Virus record (IMG/VR): IMGVR_UViG_3300033076_000375
Span: 122,223-186,222 of that record
DNA length: 64,000 nucleotides
Strand: one strand, 5' to 3'
Source: a virus
Taxonomy: Duplodnaviria; Caudoviricetes
The translations under genes were made by a program, and so were the position numbers. Shown here in pieces: positions 1 through 11,184 of the stretch (positions are counted from its first letter, which is position 1; each line of letters begins with the position of its first letter). The notes under the pieces are model-generated. The model saw only the letters and a program-made list of their open reading frames with translations, was not told the origin of the DNA and ran no database searches.

Positions 1-1430
1 TAGGTACTAACGTAAACTTATACGCAATGGGCGGCGGCGGTGGCGCAATATATAATCCTCAATTTGGATACGGTCGCGGACGTTCAGGTGGTTCAGGCGG
101 CGGCGGAACATTTAACAGTGGCACTGGATGGAACTATGAATATGGATTGGGTGTTCCTGGACAAGGAAACAACGGAGGCTCAGGTGGAAGTGGATTTGGT
201 TGTGGCGGTGGTGGCGGTGCTACTGCTGTAGGTGGAAGCGGTGGCGGCAGTGGGGGCGCGGGGGGCGCCGGGTTTCAAACAAGCATTACGGGAAGTTCAT
301 TATACTTTGGTGGAGGCGGCGGCGGTGGCTCTAATACAGGAGGTAGAACAGGTGGCAATGGCGGAATCGGCGGCGGCGGTGGCGCAGGCAGTCAAACAGC
401 CGGCACCGGCGGCGGCTCCGCATTAAACTCAGGTGGAAACGGCACTAATAATGGTGTTGGTGGTAACGGAGGCACTAATACCGGTGGTGGAGGTGGCGGC
501 GGATACTATTATTCTTCTTCTAGTTATAACTTTTCAGGCGGTTCAGGTGGATCCGGTGTTGTAATCATTAGATATGTAACAGCTTCTTCTTTCATTTCTG
601 CCACTGGAGGTACAGTTACAACGTCGGGTAATTATAAAATTCACGCTTTTTATAGTTCAGGCACATTCACTCCTACATACATTCCAGCGAATGCAACATT
701 TGATATATTGATAGTAGCAGGCGGTGGTGGAGGTGGTACATATGGATATAACAATCCATTTGGAGGAGGTGCTGGCGGATTGCTACAGTACCCTAACTTT
801 AAATTAAACACTGAAACATACACAGTTACAATTGGTGGCGGTGGTGCTGGTTGTACGAGTACGACAAGTAGACCCTTTCCGGGAAATAACACTACTATAG
901 CAGGAAGTTCATACACGTTGACTTGCCAAGGCGGCGGCGCAGGATGGTGGTATCAATCCGGTGTAATATCAACTGTTGCTGGCGGTTCTGGCGGTGGCAT
1001 TAGATCCGGTGAACAGTTCGGTGGAAGTATTACTGGAGTGCAATTCTCTTCCCCGTATGTTGCAGGTCAAGGTAATGCTGGTGGAACATCAACAGGTCAG
1101 GGTGGCGCTGGAGGTGGCGGAGCAGGCGGAGCAGGAGCATCAACAACTGGAGTTAACGGAGGTAATGGTGGCATAGGAGTTCAAAATAGTTATTTAGGAA
1201 CTACATATTACTTTGCTGGTGGTGGCGGTGGTGATGGTGCTGTCAGCGGCAACGGAGGAGCCGGAGGCGGCGGCGGTGGCGGATACGGCAGCGGCACTGG
1301 AGGGTCAGGGTTAAACGCTGGTGGAGTACCAAATGGTGGTACAAATACCGGTGGCGGTGGTGGTTCAAACTTCACAAATGGTGGCTCAGGTGGCTCGGGA
1401 ATAGTAGTTATTCGATATCTGTATCAATAA
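1..1430 (+). CDS. Glycine-rich (polyglycine) virion/adhesin-like protein, probably 5'-truncated by the window edge
   Basis: Frame is open from position 3 into the ATG at 27; two G-rich domains with (Y/F)(F/A)GGGGGG, NTGGGGG and GGSG(V/I)V(I/V)IRY motifs plus ATGGTVTTSGNYKIHAF linker. Confidence 0.75.
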   Translation, partial: GTNVNLYAMGGGGGAIYNPQFGYGRGRSGGSGGGGTFNSGTGWNYEYGLGVPGQGNNGGSGGSGFGCGGGGGATAVGGSGGGSGGAGGAGFQTSITGSSLYFGGGGGGGSNTGGRTGGNGGIGGGGGAGSQTAGTGGGSALNSGGNGTNNGVGGNGGTNTGGGGGGGYYYSSSSYNFSGGSGGSGVVIIRYVTASSFISATGGTVTTSGNYKIHAFYSSGTFTPTYIPANATFDILIVAGGGGGGTYGYNNPFGGGAGGLLQYPNFKLNTETYTVTIGGGGAGCTSTTSRPFPGNNTTIAGSSYTLTCQGGGAGWWYQSGVISTVAGGSGGGIRSGEQFGGSITGVQFSSPYVAGQGNAGGTSTGQGGAGGGGAGGAGASTTGVNGGNGGIGVQNSYLGTTYYFAGGGGGDGAVSGNGGAGGGGGGGYGSGTGGSGLNAGGVPNGGTNTGGGGGSNFTNGGSGGSGIVVIRYLYQ

Positions 1431-1438
1431 CAGTTAGA

Positions 1439-1445
1439 CTAAATA
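1439..1445 (+). promoter_or_regulatory. T4-like late promoter motif (CTAAATA)
   Basis: GACTAAATA in the intergenic gap 18 nt upstream of the ATG at 1464; the same motif recurs before several structural genes. Confidence 0.6.
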
Positions 1446-1463
1446 CATAATAAGGTTTTTATT

Positions 1464-3716
1464 ATGGCATTAACACGACTACCCAGCTTTACCCTACTAA
1501 CCACTGACGATTTCACCTTCGGTAATGTAACCGTTTCAGGCAATATCACAGCTAATTACCTGATTGGAAACGGTAGTCAGTTAACTGGGTTACCTGCAAG
1601 TTATACTGATACTAACGCAAATGCAGCGATTGATGCCAAAGTAACAAAAGCGTTTATCGATAATTTAAACGTTGATGCAGATACACTAGACGGGTTAAAC
1701 TCAACAGCGTTTGCAACTTCAGCACAAGGAACTTTAGCTGATTCAGCCGTTCAACCGGGTGATTTGGCAACCGTTGCTACAACCGGTTCATACACTGATT
1801 TAATCAATAAGCCAACGTTGTTCGATGGCACGTATGCTAACTTGACAGGTCTCCCAACTTTAGGCACTGCGGCAGCAACAAACGCAAACGCCTATGCTAC
1901 TGCGGCACAAGGAACAAAAGCTGACACTGCACTTCAATCAGCAGATTTAGTTGGATATGCAACAGAAACATACGTAGGTACACAGATTAGTAATCTAGTA
2001 GATGCCGCACCAACTACATTAAACACATTAAATGAACTTGCAGCAGCATTGGGTGACGATGCGAACTTTGCTACGACTATTGCGAATTCAATTGGTAATA
2101 AATTAGCTATCAGCGATTTTACATCAACCGCAGATACATGGTTAGGTACTAAAACTACAAGCAATGTATCTGAGGGAACTAACTTATATTTCACAGACAC
2201 TAGAGCAAACAGTGCTATCGACACACGTGTTACAAAAACATTCGTTGATAACTTGTCAGTTGTTGCAAATATTTCTAATATTGCGTATTCAATTACTGGG
2301 TCGAACGTTAGTGGACCTGTTGCGTTTGCAACTACTGCTAATAGTGTAGCCGGTGCAAACGTTTCAGGTGAAGTAGCGTTTGCTGCCGTTGCAAATTCAG
2401 TATCAGCGGCAAACGTTAGCGGTTTAGGTAATGTTGCTACACTTAACTTAGATGGTAATGTAAGTAACATACTATACGGTAACGGCGTATTTGCAGCAGC
2501 ACCAGCAGGTGGGGGAGGATCGTCTTACGGTGATTCAAATATAGCGGCGTACTTACCAACATACACTGGTAACTTAACTCCTGGCAATCTTATAATTGAT
2601 CCAACGAATTTGAAACTTTCTGGTGGTTCTGCTGACTATGTACTAACAACTGACGGCACTGGCAATTTAAGTTGGGCTGCTCAATCAGGCGGTGGCGGCA
2701 CAGTTAACTCCTCGTATGTTACTAGGACATATACAGGTAATGGTTCTACTACAGGATTCACAGTCACATCTGGGGTAACTGTTGATAGTGTTATCGTATC
2801 ACTAAGTGGTATTGTTCAAACTCCCACAACGGATTATAGCGTTACAGGCACAACGTTAACATTTACAACTGCACCACCAAATGGAGTACAGATTCAAATT
2901 CGTGAAATTGGTATTCCAATGGCATCCGGCAGTAATTCGCAAATTCTATTCAATGACGCAGGTAAAGTCGGGGGCACAGCTAATTTAACATTTAACAAGT
3001 CAACCGGTATGTTGACAGCCGCTAAATTAACTGCAACATCTGCTAACTTAGGTGACGTTGGTAATTTAAGAATTGCAGGTGGTAACGTAGGTGAAATTCT
3101 TGCCTCATTGGGCAATGGTCAAATGGCATGGGCTAACATTGTTGCTAACGGAGATATTATCGTTAACGGTGGCACAGGTGGCGGTGGTGCGAGTGTAACT
3201 GTTTCTGCTACTGCACCAACCACTCCTGCAGAAGGTGACATGTGGTTGGATAGTGAAACAGGTGAATTAAACGTTTACTTTAGTGATGCATGGGCTAGTG
3301 TTACTGAAAGTGCACCTCAATTAACCTCTGTTGTTGATAATTTTACAGGTGATAGTTTAACGACACAGTTTACATTGTCAGCAACTCCGACAAGCGAAGC
3401 ATATACATTAGTTGCAATTGGTGGTATTTTGCAACCAAGAAATACATATTCTATTTCAGGTAATGTACTGACAACATCAAGTGCAGTTCCTAGCAATACA
3501 CCCATTGAAGTAACAACTTTAGGTGGATTTGCTAGCCCAGTAGGAGCAGCTAGTGTGGTACTGAACAACGCACAACCAAATATTACTAGCGTGGGCACAT
3601 TGACTGGGTTAGATATCGCTGGCAACGTTTCAGTCACTGGTAACCTAACAATAAATAACGCAGCACCAGCAACAACAGGTAAAGCTATTGCAATGGCAAT
3701 AGTATTCGGATTCTAA
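1464..3716 (+). CDS. Tail fibre / virion appendage stem protein
   Basis: Tail-fibre motif LVDAAPTTLNTLNELAAALGDDANFATT, VLTTDGTGNLSW repeat, (Y/F)TG(N/D)xxTTxFT domains, C-terminal TGKAIAMAIVFG. Confidence 0.75.
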   Translation: MALTRLPSFTLLTTDDFTFGNVTVSGNITANYLIGNGSQLTGLPASYTDTNANAAIDAKVTKAFIDNLNVDADTLDGLNSTAFATSAQGTLADSAVQPGDLATVATTGSYTDLINKPTLFDGTYANLTGLPTLGTAAATNANAYATAAQGTKADTALQSADLVGYATETYVGTQISNLVDAAPTTLNTLNELAAALGDDANFATTIANSIGNKLAISDFTSTADTWLGTKTTSNVSEGTNLYFTDTRANSAIDTRVTKTFVDNLSVVANISNIAYSITGSNVSGPVAFATTANSVAGANVSGEVAFAAVANSVSAANVSGLGNVATLNLDGNVSNILYGNGVFAAAPAGGGGSSYGDSNIAAYLPTYTGNLTPGNLIIDPTNLKLSGGSADYVLTTDGTGNLSWAAQSGGGGTVNSSYVTRTYTGNGSTTGFTVTSGVTVDSVIVSLSGIVQTPTTDYSVTGTTLTFTTAPPNGVQIQIREIGIPMASGSNSQILFNDAGKVGGTANLTFNKSTGMLTAAKLTATSANLGDVGNLRIAGGNVGEILASLGNGQMAWANIVANGDIIVNGGTGGGGASVTVSATAPTTPAEGDMWLDSETGELNVYFSDAWASVTESAPQLTSVVDNFTGDSLTTQFTLSATPTSEAYTLVAIGGILQPRNTYSISGNVLTTSSAVPSNTPIEVTTLGGFASPVGAASVVLNNAQPNITSVGTLTGLDIAGNVSVTGNLTINNAAPATTGKAIAMAIVFGF

Positions 3717-3725
3717 GGATTAATT

Positions 3726-4085
3726 ATGGCTAACCCAAACATTGTACAAGTAACAAACATCGTAGGTAACACCCAAGTCGCTAACGTAACTACATCAGCA
3801 ACGGCAATCGTAACTAATAATACTAGTAGCGGCAAAATATTTAAACTAAATGGTATCATCGTATCAAATGTTGATGGAGCAAACTCTGCAACGATTACGG
3901 TTGACTTGTATAGAAATTCAGTAGCCTATGTTCTTACTAGTGGGGTAACAGTAACTCCAAATACTTCATACACCCCTATTGATAAAACATTAAGTTTATA
4001 CTTACTAGAAGGGGATACTCTCAGAGTTACAGCAAATGTAAATAATAGATTACAAGCTGTTGCTACTTGGGAGGAAATTAGCTAA
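3726..4085 (+). CDS. Small virion adaptor-like protein (MANPNIV family), paralog 1
   Basis: 119 aa; shares MAxPN(I/L), YLxEGD and C-terminal (W/Y)Ex(I/M)S with 10831 and 14061; AGGA SD. Confidence 0.7.
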   Translation: MANPNIVQVTNIVGNTQVANVTTSATAIVTNNTSSGKIFKLNGIIVSNVDGANSATITVDLYRNSVAYVLTSGVTVTPNTSYTPIDKTLSLYLLEGDTLRVTANVNNRLQAVATWEEIS

Positions 4086-7000
4086 TGTTTAACAGTGGCA
4101 TCAGAGGACGAAGAGCCAAAGACGGTGAAGGTACGGTATCTACACAAAGTGGATTCGTTCAGAAAAGTGATCCGCAACCAACGATTACTGGTTATACTAT
4201 TAGTGGAATAGACGATACCGCTTTGGATCCAGCAGGTGGACAAACAATCATAGTGACTGGTAGTGGTTTTGCAACGGGTATTAGTGGAACTATAGGCGGC
4301 ACTCAATTGGGTGCAGTCACTTTTGTAAATTCAAACCAAGTAACATTTACTTCTCCTGCAAAGAGTGCAGGATCACATGCATTGGTATTGTATAATAGCA
4401 CAGGCGGTGCAGCAATATTAGTTCCTGGTATTACCTATTCAAGTGTACCTACATATACAACTGCTGCTGGGAGCATCGGTACAATATATGAAACTAAATC
4501 TATTAACATAAGTGTTGTTGCAACGAGCGACAGTGCGTTAACTTATTCATTGGATAGTGGCACTTTACCTGCCGGTGCAACATTATCAAGTAACGGCACT
4601 ATTACAGGTACTGCACCCACAGATGCATCAAGCACGACATATACATTTGCTATCAAAGCAACCGATACTGAATTACAAGATGTAACACGAACATTCACGT
4701 TGACTATCAATACCGATGTAGTAACATGGTCAACTCCATCTAGCGGCGCAACCATCGCCATAGATGATAACCCATATTCACAAACACTATCAGCAACTAG
4801 TGCTGCCGGTTACAATGTGAGTTATTCTGCAAATACATTGCCTACTGGTTTAACATTAACCTCAGGTACTATCACTGGTACCCCAACTGAAGAGGGGAAC
4901 GTATCTACGTTATTAACTGCAACTGCATCAACTACAAACAAGAGTGCAACTAATACTATCACTTGGGTTGTTAGCTTATCTGATCCTTATTGGAAATCTA
5001 CATCTTTGTTGTTGAACGGATCAACACCAACTACAACATTTATCAATGACGCTAGTTTGAACAATGCACAGTTGACCATTGCTGGTGACACAAAGCCTAA
5101 CTTGTTTAATCCATATACTGACGGTTATTACAGTAATTACTTTGATGGTACCGGGGATTACTTAACAATTTCAGCCAGCTCATCCCTAATGTTAGGTTCA
5201 GGTGATTTTACTGTTGAAGCCTGGGTATACACCACTCTTGCAAATCAAACTTACGGTTCGGGAATTATTGGAACGTATGACGGCGGTTCAAATGGTGGAT
5301 GGTCATTATTTGTTAATAGAAGTTCTGGTGCCACATATGGTATTGGTTTTATTCACGCCAATGCAATTCAGCAATCATATACAACTGCTTATCTTGCAAT
5401 GAATACATGGTATCATATTGCAGTGACTAGAAGTGGAACTACACTAAGAACATTCTTAAACGGAGTACAAGTTGCATCTGGAACGTATTCAACAGCAGAC
5501 ACAGTTTCAGCAACATGTTATGTGGGTTCACAAGGTGTCGGTCAATACCACAATGGCTATATCTCAAATGCTCGTATGGTCAAAGGGACAGCGTTATATA
5601 CTTCTAATTTCACCACACCTACTTCACCATTAACAGCAGTTGCGAACACTCAACTATTAACTTGTCAATCAAACAGATTAATTGATAACTCACCCAACAA
5701 TTTTGCAATAACGAAGAATGGTGACACCGCAGTAAGTTCAGCATATCCATTCTCTACACCAACTCTTGCTGCGTACAACACAATGTATAGCGTATCTTTT
5801 ACTGGAGCTACTGCGGATGCAGTGACTATCGCATCTGCAGGAGCCCCATTGAACTTAGACGCAGACTTTACAGTAGAGTTTTGGATATTTAAAACTGCGT
5901 ATAGTTCTAATAATTATACTCAATATTTAAATACTGGAAGTAACAGTCAAGCATTAAAATCAACAAATACAGGCCCAATCTATTTTTATAACGGAACATC
6001 GTACAGTTATACAGGGGCAATAGTCCCATTGAATGTATGGACGCATGTTGCTTGGGTTCGTTCAGGGTCAACATCTAGAGTTTATGTCAATGGCACGAGC
6101 GGATCGTCATTAACTACATTCACATCAACTGTTACATGGGGTACAGGAACATTTAGAATCGGGTCTGACGGAGGCGGCGGTTTAGGAGAAACCTTAATTG
6201 GTTCAATGTCAAATGTACGTGTTATTAAAGGAACTGCAATATACGATGTAACACAAACAACTATTACTGTTCCTACAGGTCTACTAACATCAGTTTCCGG
6301 CACGAGTTTATTGACTTGTCAAAATTCTACATTGAAAGACAACTCGACAAATAATTTCACAGTGGCTAGTAGCGGAAGTGCTAGCCCAATCGCAATAAGT
6401 CCATTTAATATGACAACTAGTTCGACTACTGTAACTAGTTTAGGTTCAGCATATTTTCCAGCAACATCAGCATACACTACTTATTCTCCAGCAAATAGTG
6501 ATGCATTTGGCACAGGCGACTTTACGGTTGAATGTTGGTTTAATCCAGCAAGTACTGCATCAGTCAATATTTCTATGGCTAGCACTACAACTAGTACTTG
6601 GGAATTATTGGTGTATTTAAATCAACTATACTGGCATGAAAACGGAGGAAACTTGGGTGGAACTGGTTACGGTTCTATACCACTGAATGCTTGGAGCCAT
6701 TTGGCAGTTTCTAGATCCGGAACGGCACTAAGAATGTTCATCAATGGTATTCAAGTGTATTCAGTGACAAACAGTTACAATTATAGCGCATCACCTGCTA
6801 CAAGAAGCATCGGTCCATATAACGGTGGTTCTGCCCCCGCTTATATTAGCAATTTTAGAGTAATAAAAGGTACTGCGCTATACACTAGTAACTTCTTACC
6901 ACCACAAGCTCCGCTAACATCTGTAACAAACACCCAGTTACTAACACTTCAATACAACGGTGGTGCAAATAACAATGGATTTGTTGACCAATCAACATTC

Positions 7001-10000
7001 AATTACAATATAACTAGAACCGGAAATCCAACACAAGGTACATTTAGTCCGTTCAGTCAAACTGGTTGGAGTACATACTTCTCCGCTACTGGAAACAGTT
7101 TATCTGGATCTCACTCTTTGTTAAACGTTTCAAGTCAAAACACCTTGTTCACTTTTGAGTGTTGGGTATATCCTATAACTTCTGGGTATTTTACTGGAAT
7201 AGGTTCCGGCGGCGCCTACGGGAATTCGTTTGCAGTTGATTGGGGTCTAGGTGCAGCGAATAAGTTTAGAGTATTTGGTGGAAATGGTAGTAGCAATCCT
7301 GTAAGTTTTACCAGTACGAACACGTTCACTGCTAATTCTTGGTATCATATTGCAGTTACGAACGAAGCCGGCGGGGTCAAAAAATTATATGTAAATGGTG
7401 TATTAGAAGGTACTCAAACTTATAACGGTACACTTGCAACCGGCACAACGTTCGTGGTTAATGGTGTTTATGATAATAACGGGTTGGGTAATAATGGTGG
7501 CTCAAGTTATGTTTCTAATTTACGTTGGGTGATAGGTTCAATAGTATATGCTTCTGCGTTCACCCCACCGACTACACCATTGCAAACTATAACCGGTACA
7601 GTAGTTCTAGTATGTAATGCAAATAGATTTATCGACTCTAGTTCAAATAATCTGACAGTGACGGTTACCGGAACTCCGTCAGTTCAAGCCTACTCGCCAT
7701 TCGGTAGTGTAAGAAGTGTTCCAATAAGTTATAGTAATTACTTTGATGGTACTGGTGATTATCTGAGTACTTCAAATAATACTGCCTTTAACTTTGGTAC
7801 AGGTGACTTTACGCTTGAATTATGGGCAAATCATTCTAGTGTCGGTCAAATTCAATCTATGGTTTCTAACTATACTGGTGCAGCAAACGGATGGGGCTTT
7901 CAATGGAGAAGTGACACAGCCAGACTTGATTTCTTCATGGGCGACACTCAGTTAATATATTATTCATTTACGCCTACCGTGGGAACATGGTATCACTATG
8001 CTGTAACAAGGTCTGGAACGTCAATGAAGATGTTCATTAACGGAGCAGTAGTTGCAACGGTTACTGATTCCACTAACTTAACATCTACTGGACCAACATA
8101 CATAGGTATGATTAATGGTACTTACGGTCAATACACCTATGGTTATTTGTCTAACGTTAGACTAGTTAAAGGAACTGCATTATATACATCAGCATTCACG
8201 CCAAGTACAACACCATTGACAACTACAAGTCAAGGTGCCACTGCAAATCAAGTATCATTACTAACATGTCAGTCAACTACCTTAATAGATAATTCGACTA
8301 ACTATTTTACATTGACTGCAAACGGTGACGTAAAACCATTACCATTCAATCCATTTGGTTCGACAACTGATAAGAAATCATATTCATCTAGTACAAACGG
8401 CGGTTCTATGTATTTCTCTAATGCCGCCGCTAACTATTTGACAGTGACAGATTCTACTCTCTGGAACATAGGATCAACGACACCATTTACAGTAGAAGCA
8501 TGGGTATACCCTATTGGTATTACTGGTAGTTCCATCATCTCTAGTATGTTCGCAAATAGCAAAGTACCATACGCATTAGGTATTGGTAATGCAGTGGGGG
8601 TAGTGGCAACCAGTAATCAAGTTTGGTTTGGTCACTATAATAGCGGATGGGCTGGCGTAGTATCACCTGGATCATTGACAATGAATCAGTGGACTCACGT
8701 TGCAGGTGTATATACCGGTACTACAATATATTTGTTCGTGAACGGTGTGATGGTTACCAGCTCGGTATCATCATGGGTCGCATATGACGGAGCCACTACA
8801 GCTGGATATATTGCAAAACGCTGGGACGGTGTCGGTGGTGGCGCAGACGGGTTCAATGGATATATCACTGATGCAAGAATAACCAAAGGTGCTGCCCTTT
8901 ATACCTCAAACTTCTATCCAAGTACCTCACCTGCAACACCGACAACCACACTCGGTACTAGTACCTATCCTTCTAACTTGTTAGTAAATGGAACCTCAAG
9001 TGGTATCATTGACTATCACGGTTCTACTAACTTAGAAACAGTCGGAAACACTCAATTAGCAAGTGAAGATCCATATAATGGAAGTTATTATAGTGTTACA
9101 GCAGACGCAAATGCAGTAAACTTAACATACAGTGGAACCACTTTTGGAACAGGGGCTTTTACGGTTGAAATGTGGGTTTATATACCGGCAGTAGCGGCTA
9201 CTTTTGTGAAGTATTTAATTTATTCAGCAGCCACTGGTGCTTTCAGACTACAAATAAACAGTGGAACCACTATTCGTATGTTCTCTGTAGGTCTGACCAC
9301 ACAAGCATTTACAGTACCTCAGTGGCAATATGATACTTGGTATCACATCGCATACACCAGAGATGCTTCTGGAAATGCTACTGTGTTTGTGAACGGAACT
9401 AGAAGTTCGACTGGATCAATTTCTGATACCAACAACTATTCAGTGGCTACTACTCAAATTGGTGGCGGAACTAATACTATTCTTTCAAATGTCCGTTTTG
9501 TTACTGGAACAACTGTATATGACCCTACATTATCTACTATAACTGTTCCTACTAGTCCATTGACCGCAGTTAACGGTACACAGTTATTAACTTGTCAATC
9601 AAATAGATTCAAAGATAATAGTTCTAATAATTACACAATAGATGCGACTTCCGTTGTTACTCACTATGTCAGAACCTTTAACCCATTCCGACAAAACACT
9701 GGAAAGAGTTTGTATTTTGATGGCAGTGGCGATTATTTGGTCACACCATATGTTGCTAATTTCTCAACTCAGTGGCTTAGTGATGGTACTATAGAATGTT
9801 GGGTATATTTCAACTCGGTTGCTAACGCACCGCATGTATGGTCGTTGAGTGAAGATGGTTCACATAGAACAACTTTTTACTTGAGTGGTGCGGTGTTTAA
9901 GTTCTTCGTATCAGTTGCCGGCGGAAGCGATATTATTGTTTCTACCACCACTATCGCTGCAGGTCAATGGTATCATACAGCAATAACTAGGTCAGGAACC

Positions 10001-10219
10001 ACTTGGACAATGTGGTTAAATGGAGTATCACAAGGAACATCTACTAGCACTTCAAGACCATACGGACCTAACGAAATGTTATGTTTAGGGTGGCAAAACT
10101 ATTCAGGCGCGGCTGGCGATTATTTGAACGGTTACATCAAAGACCTAAGAATCACTAAAGGTTTAGCACGTTATACAACAACCTTTACCCCTCCTACAAT
10201 TCCTCTGAAGAATAAGTAA
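4085..10219 (+). CDS. Giant LamG/concanavalin-A-like repeat virion protein with N-terminal IPT/Ig-like domains (putative receptor binding)
   Basis: 2044 aa; eight FT(V/L/F)ExW-type repeats with WxHxAVTR and GYISNxRxVKGTALY motifs; Ig-like SGTLPAGATLSSNGTITGT repeats. Confidence 0.8.
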   Translation: MFNSGIRGRRAKDGEGTVSTQSGFVQKSDPQPTITGYTISGIDDTALDPAGGQTIIVTGSGFATGISGTIGGTQLGAVTFVNSNQVTFTSPAKSAGSHALVLYNSTGGAAILVPGITYSSVPTYTTAAGSIGTIYETKSINISVVATSDSALTYSLDSGTLPAGATLSSNGTITGTAPTDASSTTYTFAIKATDTELQDVTRTFTLTINTDVVTWSTPSSGATIAIDDNPYSQTLSATSAAGYNVSYSANTLPTGLTLTSGTITGTPTEEGNVSTLLTATASTTNKSATNTITWVVSLSDPYWKSTSLLLNGSTPTTTFINDASLNNAQLTIAGDTKPNLFNPYTDGYYSNYFDGTGDYLTISASSSLMLGSGDFTVEAWVYTTLANQTYGSGIIGTYDGGSNGGWSLFVNRSSGATYGIGFIHANAIQQSYTTAYLAMNTWYHIAVTRSGTTLRTFLNGVQVASGTYSTADTVSATCYVGSQGVGQYHNGYISNARMVKGTALYTSNFTTPTSPLTAVANTQLLTCQSNRLIDNSPNNFAITKNGDTAVSSAYPFSTPTLAAYNTMYSVSFTGATADAVTIASAGAPLNLDADFTVEFWIFKTAYSSNNYTQYLNTGSNSQALKSTNTGPIYFYNGTSYSYTGAIVPLNVWTHVAWVRSGSTSRVYVNGTSGSSLTTFTSTVTWGTGTFRIGSDGGGGLGETLIGSMSNVRVIKGTAIYDVTQTTITVPTGLLTSVSGTSLLTCQNSTLKDNSTNNFTVASSGSASPIAISPFNMTTSSTTVTSLGSAYFPATSAYTTYSPANSDAFGTGDFTVECWFNPASTASVNISMASTTTSTWELLVYLNQLYWHENGGNLGGTGYGSIPLNAWSHLAVSRSGTALRMFINGIQVYSVTNSYNYSASPATRSIGPYNGGSAPAYISNFRVIKGTALYTSNFLPPQAPLTSVTNTQLLTLQYNGGANNNGFVDQSTFNYNITRTGNPTQGTFSPFSQTGWSTYFSATGNSLSGSHSLLNVSSQNTLFTFECWVYPITSGYFTGIGSGGAYGNSFAVDWGLGAANKFRVFGGNGSSNPVSFTSTNTFTANSWYHIAVTNEAGGVKKLYVNGVLEGTQTYNGTLATGTTFVVNGVYDNNGLGNNGGSSYVSNLRWVIGSIVYASAFTPPTTPLQTITGTVVLVCNANRFIDSSSNNLTVTVTGTPSVQAYSPFGSVRSVPISYSNYFDGTGDYLSTSNNTAFNFGTGDFTLELWANHSSVGQIQSMVSNYTGAANGWGFQWRSDTARLDFFMGDTQLIYYSFTPTVGTWYHYAVTRSGTSMKMFINGAVVATVTDSTNLTSTGPTYIGMINGTYGQYTYGYLSNVRLVKGTALYTSAFTPSTTPLTTTSQGATANQVSLLTCQSTTLIDNSTNYFTLTANGDVKPLPFNPFGSTTDKKSYSSSTNGGSMYFSNAAANYLTVTDSTLWNIGSTTPFTVEAWVYPIGITGSSIISSMFANSKVPYALGIGNAVGVVATSNQVWFGHYNSGWAGVVSPGSLTMNQWTHVAGVYTGTTIYLFVNGVMVTSSVSSWVAYDGATTAGYIAKRWDGVGGGADGFNGYITDARITKGAALYTSNFYPSTSPATPTTTLGTSTYPSNLLVNGTSSGIIDYHGSTNLETVGNTQLASEDPYNGSYYSVTADANAVNLTYSGTTFGTGAFTVEMWVYIPAVAATFVKYLIYSAATGAFRLQINSGTTIRMFSVGLTTQAFTVPQWQYDTWYHIAYTRDASGNATVFVNGTRSSTGSISDTNNYSVATTQIGGGTNTILSNVRFVTGTTVYDPTLSTITVPTSPLTAVNGTQLLTCQSNRFKDNSSNNYTIDATSVVTHYVRTFNPFRQNTGKSLYFDGSGDYLVTPYVANFSTQWLSDGTIECWVYFNSVANAPHVWSLSEDGSHRTTFYLSGAVFKFFVSVAGGSDIIVSTTTIAAGQWYHTAITRSGTTWTMWLNGVSQGTSTSTSRPYGPNEMLCLGWQNYSGAAGDYLNGYIKDLRITKGLARYTTTFTPPTIPLKNK

Positions 10220-10221
10220 GA

Positions 10222-10228
10222 CTAAATA
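10222..10228 (+). promoter_or_regulatory. Late promoter motif CTAAATA
   Basis: GACTAAATA followed by AGGA SD and ATG at 10245. Confidence 0.6.
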
Positions 10229-10244
10229 TATTATAGGATAAAAC

Positions 10245-10829
10245 ATGGCAATTACTTTCCCTAGCAACCCAACGACAAATCAAACGTACACTTACGGCGG
10301 TAAAGTCTGGACATTCAACGGCTCACGTTGGTTGAATACAGGGGCAAGTTATACATCAAGTACACCGGTGGTACCGATAACAGTATCAGATACTGAACCC
10401 GGATCAACCCAAGAAGGTTCTATATGGGTTGATAGCACGACCGGTACGTTGAGTGTTTACGTGGGAGGGTCATGGGTTTTAGCAAGCGCAGGAGTGTTGA
10501 ATGTAGCGGCGAACACATTGCCAGGAAACTCGATTGTAGACGGATCAATTACAGCAACGCAACTAGCATCTGGAGCCGCAGTACCAACACAAACAGGACA
10601 ATCTGGTAAGTTTTTGACTACTGATGGTTCAACTGCGTCTTGGGCAACAGTTGATGCACTACCGTCTCAATCAACAAATTCAGGTAAATACTTAACAACT
10701 GATGGAACTAACGCATCTTGGACAACAGTTACGACTACTCCTGGTGCAAATACTATTACTACAGACATGTTGAATACAACCGCTAAATCACGAATGGCAG
10801 GGTTCAACTTAATTTTCGGGGCACAATAA
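10245..10829 (+). CDS. Short fibre stem protein
   Basis: N-terminal MAITFPSNPTTNQTYTY motif, two SGK(F/Y)LTTDGxxASW repeats, C-terminal FNLIFGA. Confidence 0.7.
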   Translation: MAITFPSNPTTNQTYTYGGKVWTFNGSRWLNTGASYTSSTPVVPITVSDTEPGSTQEGSIWVDSTTGTLSVYVGGSWVLASAGVLNVAANTLPGNSIVDGSITATQLASGAAVPTQTGQSGKFLTTDGSTASWATVDALPSQSTNSGKYLTTDGTNASWTTVTTTPGANTITTDMLNTTAKSRMAGFNLIFGAQ

Positions 10830-10830
10830 T

Positions 10831-11184
10831 ATGGCAACACCTAATATCATCAACGCAGCAACTATTAATGGATTAACTGCTCTTGCAGCAGTAACTACTA
10901 CGCCAACTTCTATTGTGTCTAACTCAGCTTCAAGTGGCAAAGCACAACGAATCAATGCTTTGTATGTATCAAATGTTAATGGTACTACTGCCGCAACTGT
11001 AACAGTTTCAATTATTAGAAGCTCAACTAGCTATCGTCTTGCATATCAAATGAGTGTTCCGGCAGCAAGCTCACTGGATCTAATTAGCAAAACTCTATAT
11101 TTAAATGAAGGTGATGCATTGCAAATATCGGCAAGTGTTAACTCATACTTAGAAGCAGTAGTAAGCTACGAGGAGATTAGTTAA
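10831..11184 (+). CDS. Small virion adaptor-like protein (MANPNIV family), paralog 2
   Basis: 117 aa; MATPNII, LYLNEGD, SYEEIS. Confidence 0.7.
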   Translation: MATPNIINAATINGLTALAAVTTTPTSIVSNSASSGKAQRINALYVSNVNGTTAATVTVSIIRSSTSYRLAYQMSVPAASSLDLISKTLYLNEGDALQISASVNSYLEAVVSYEEIS

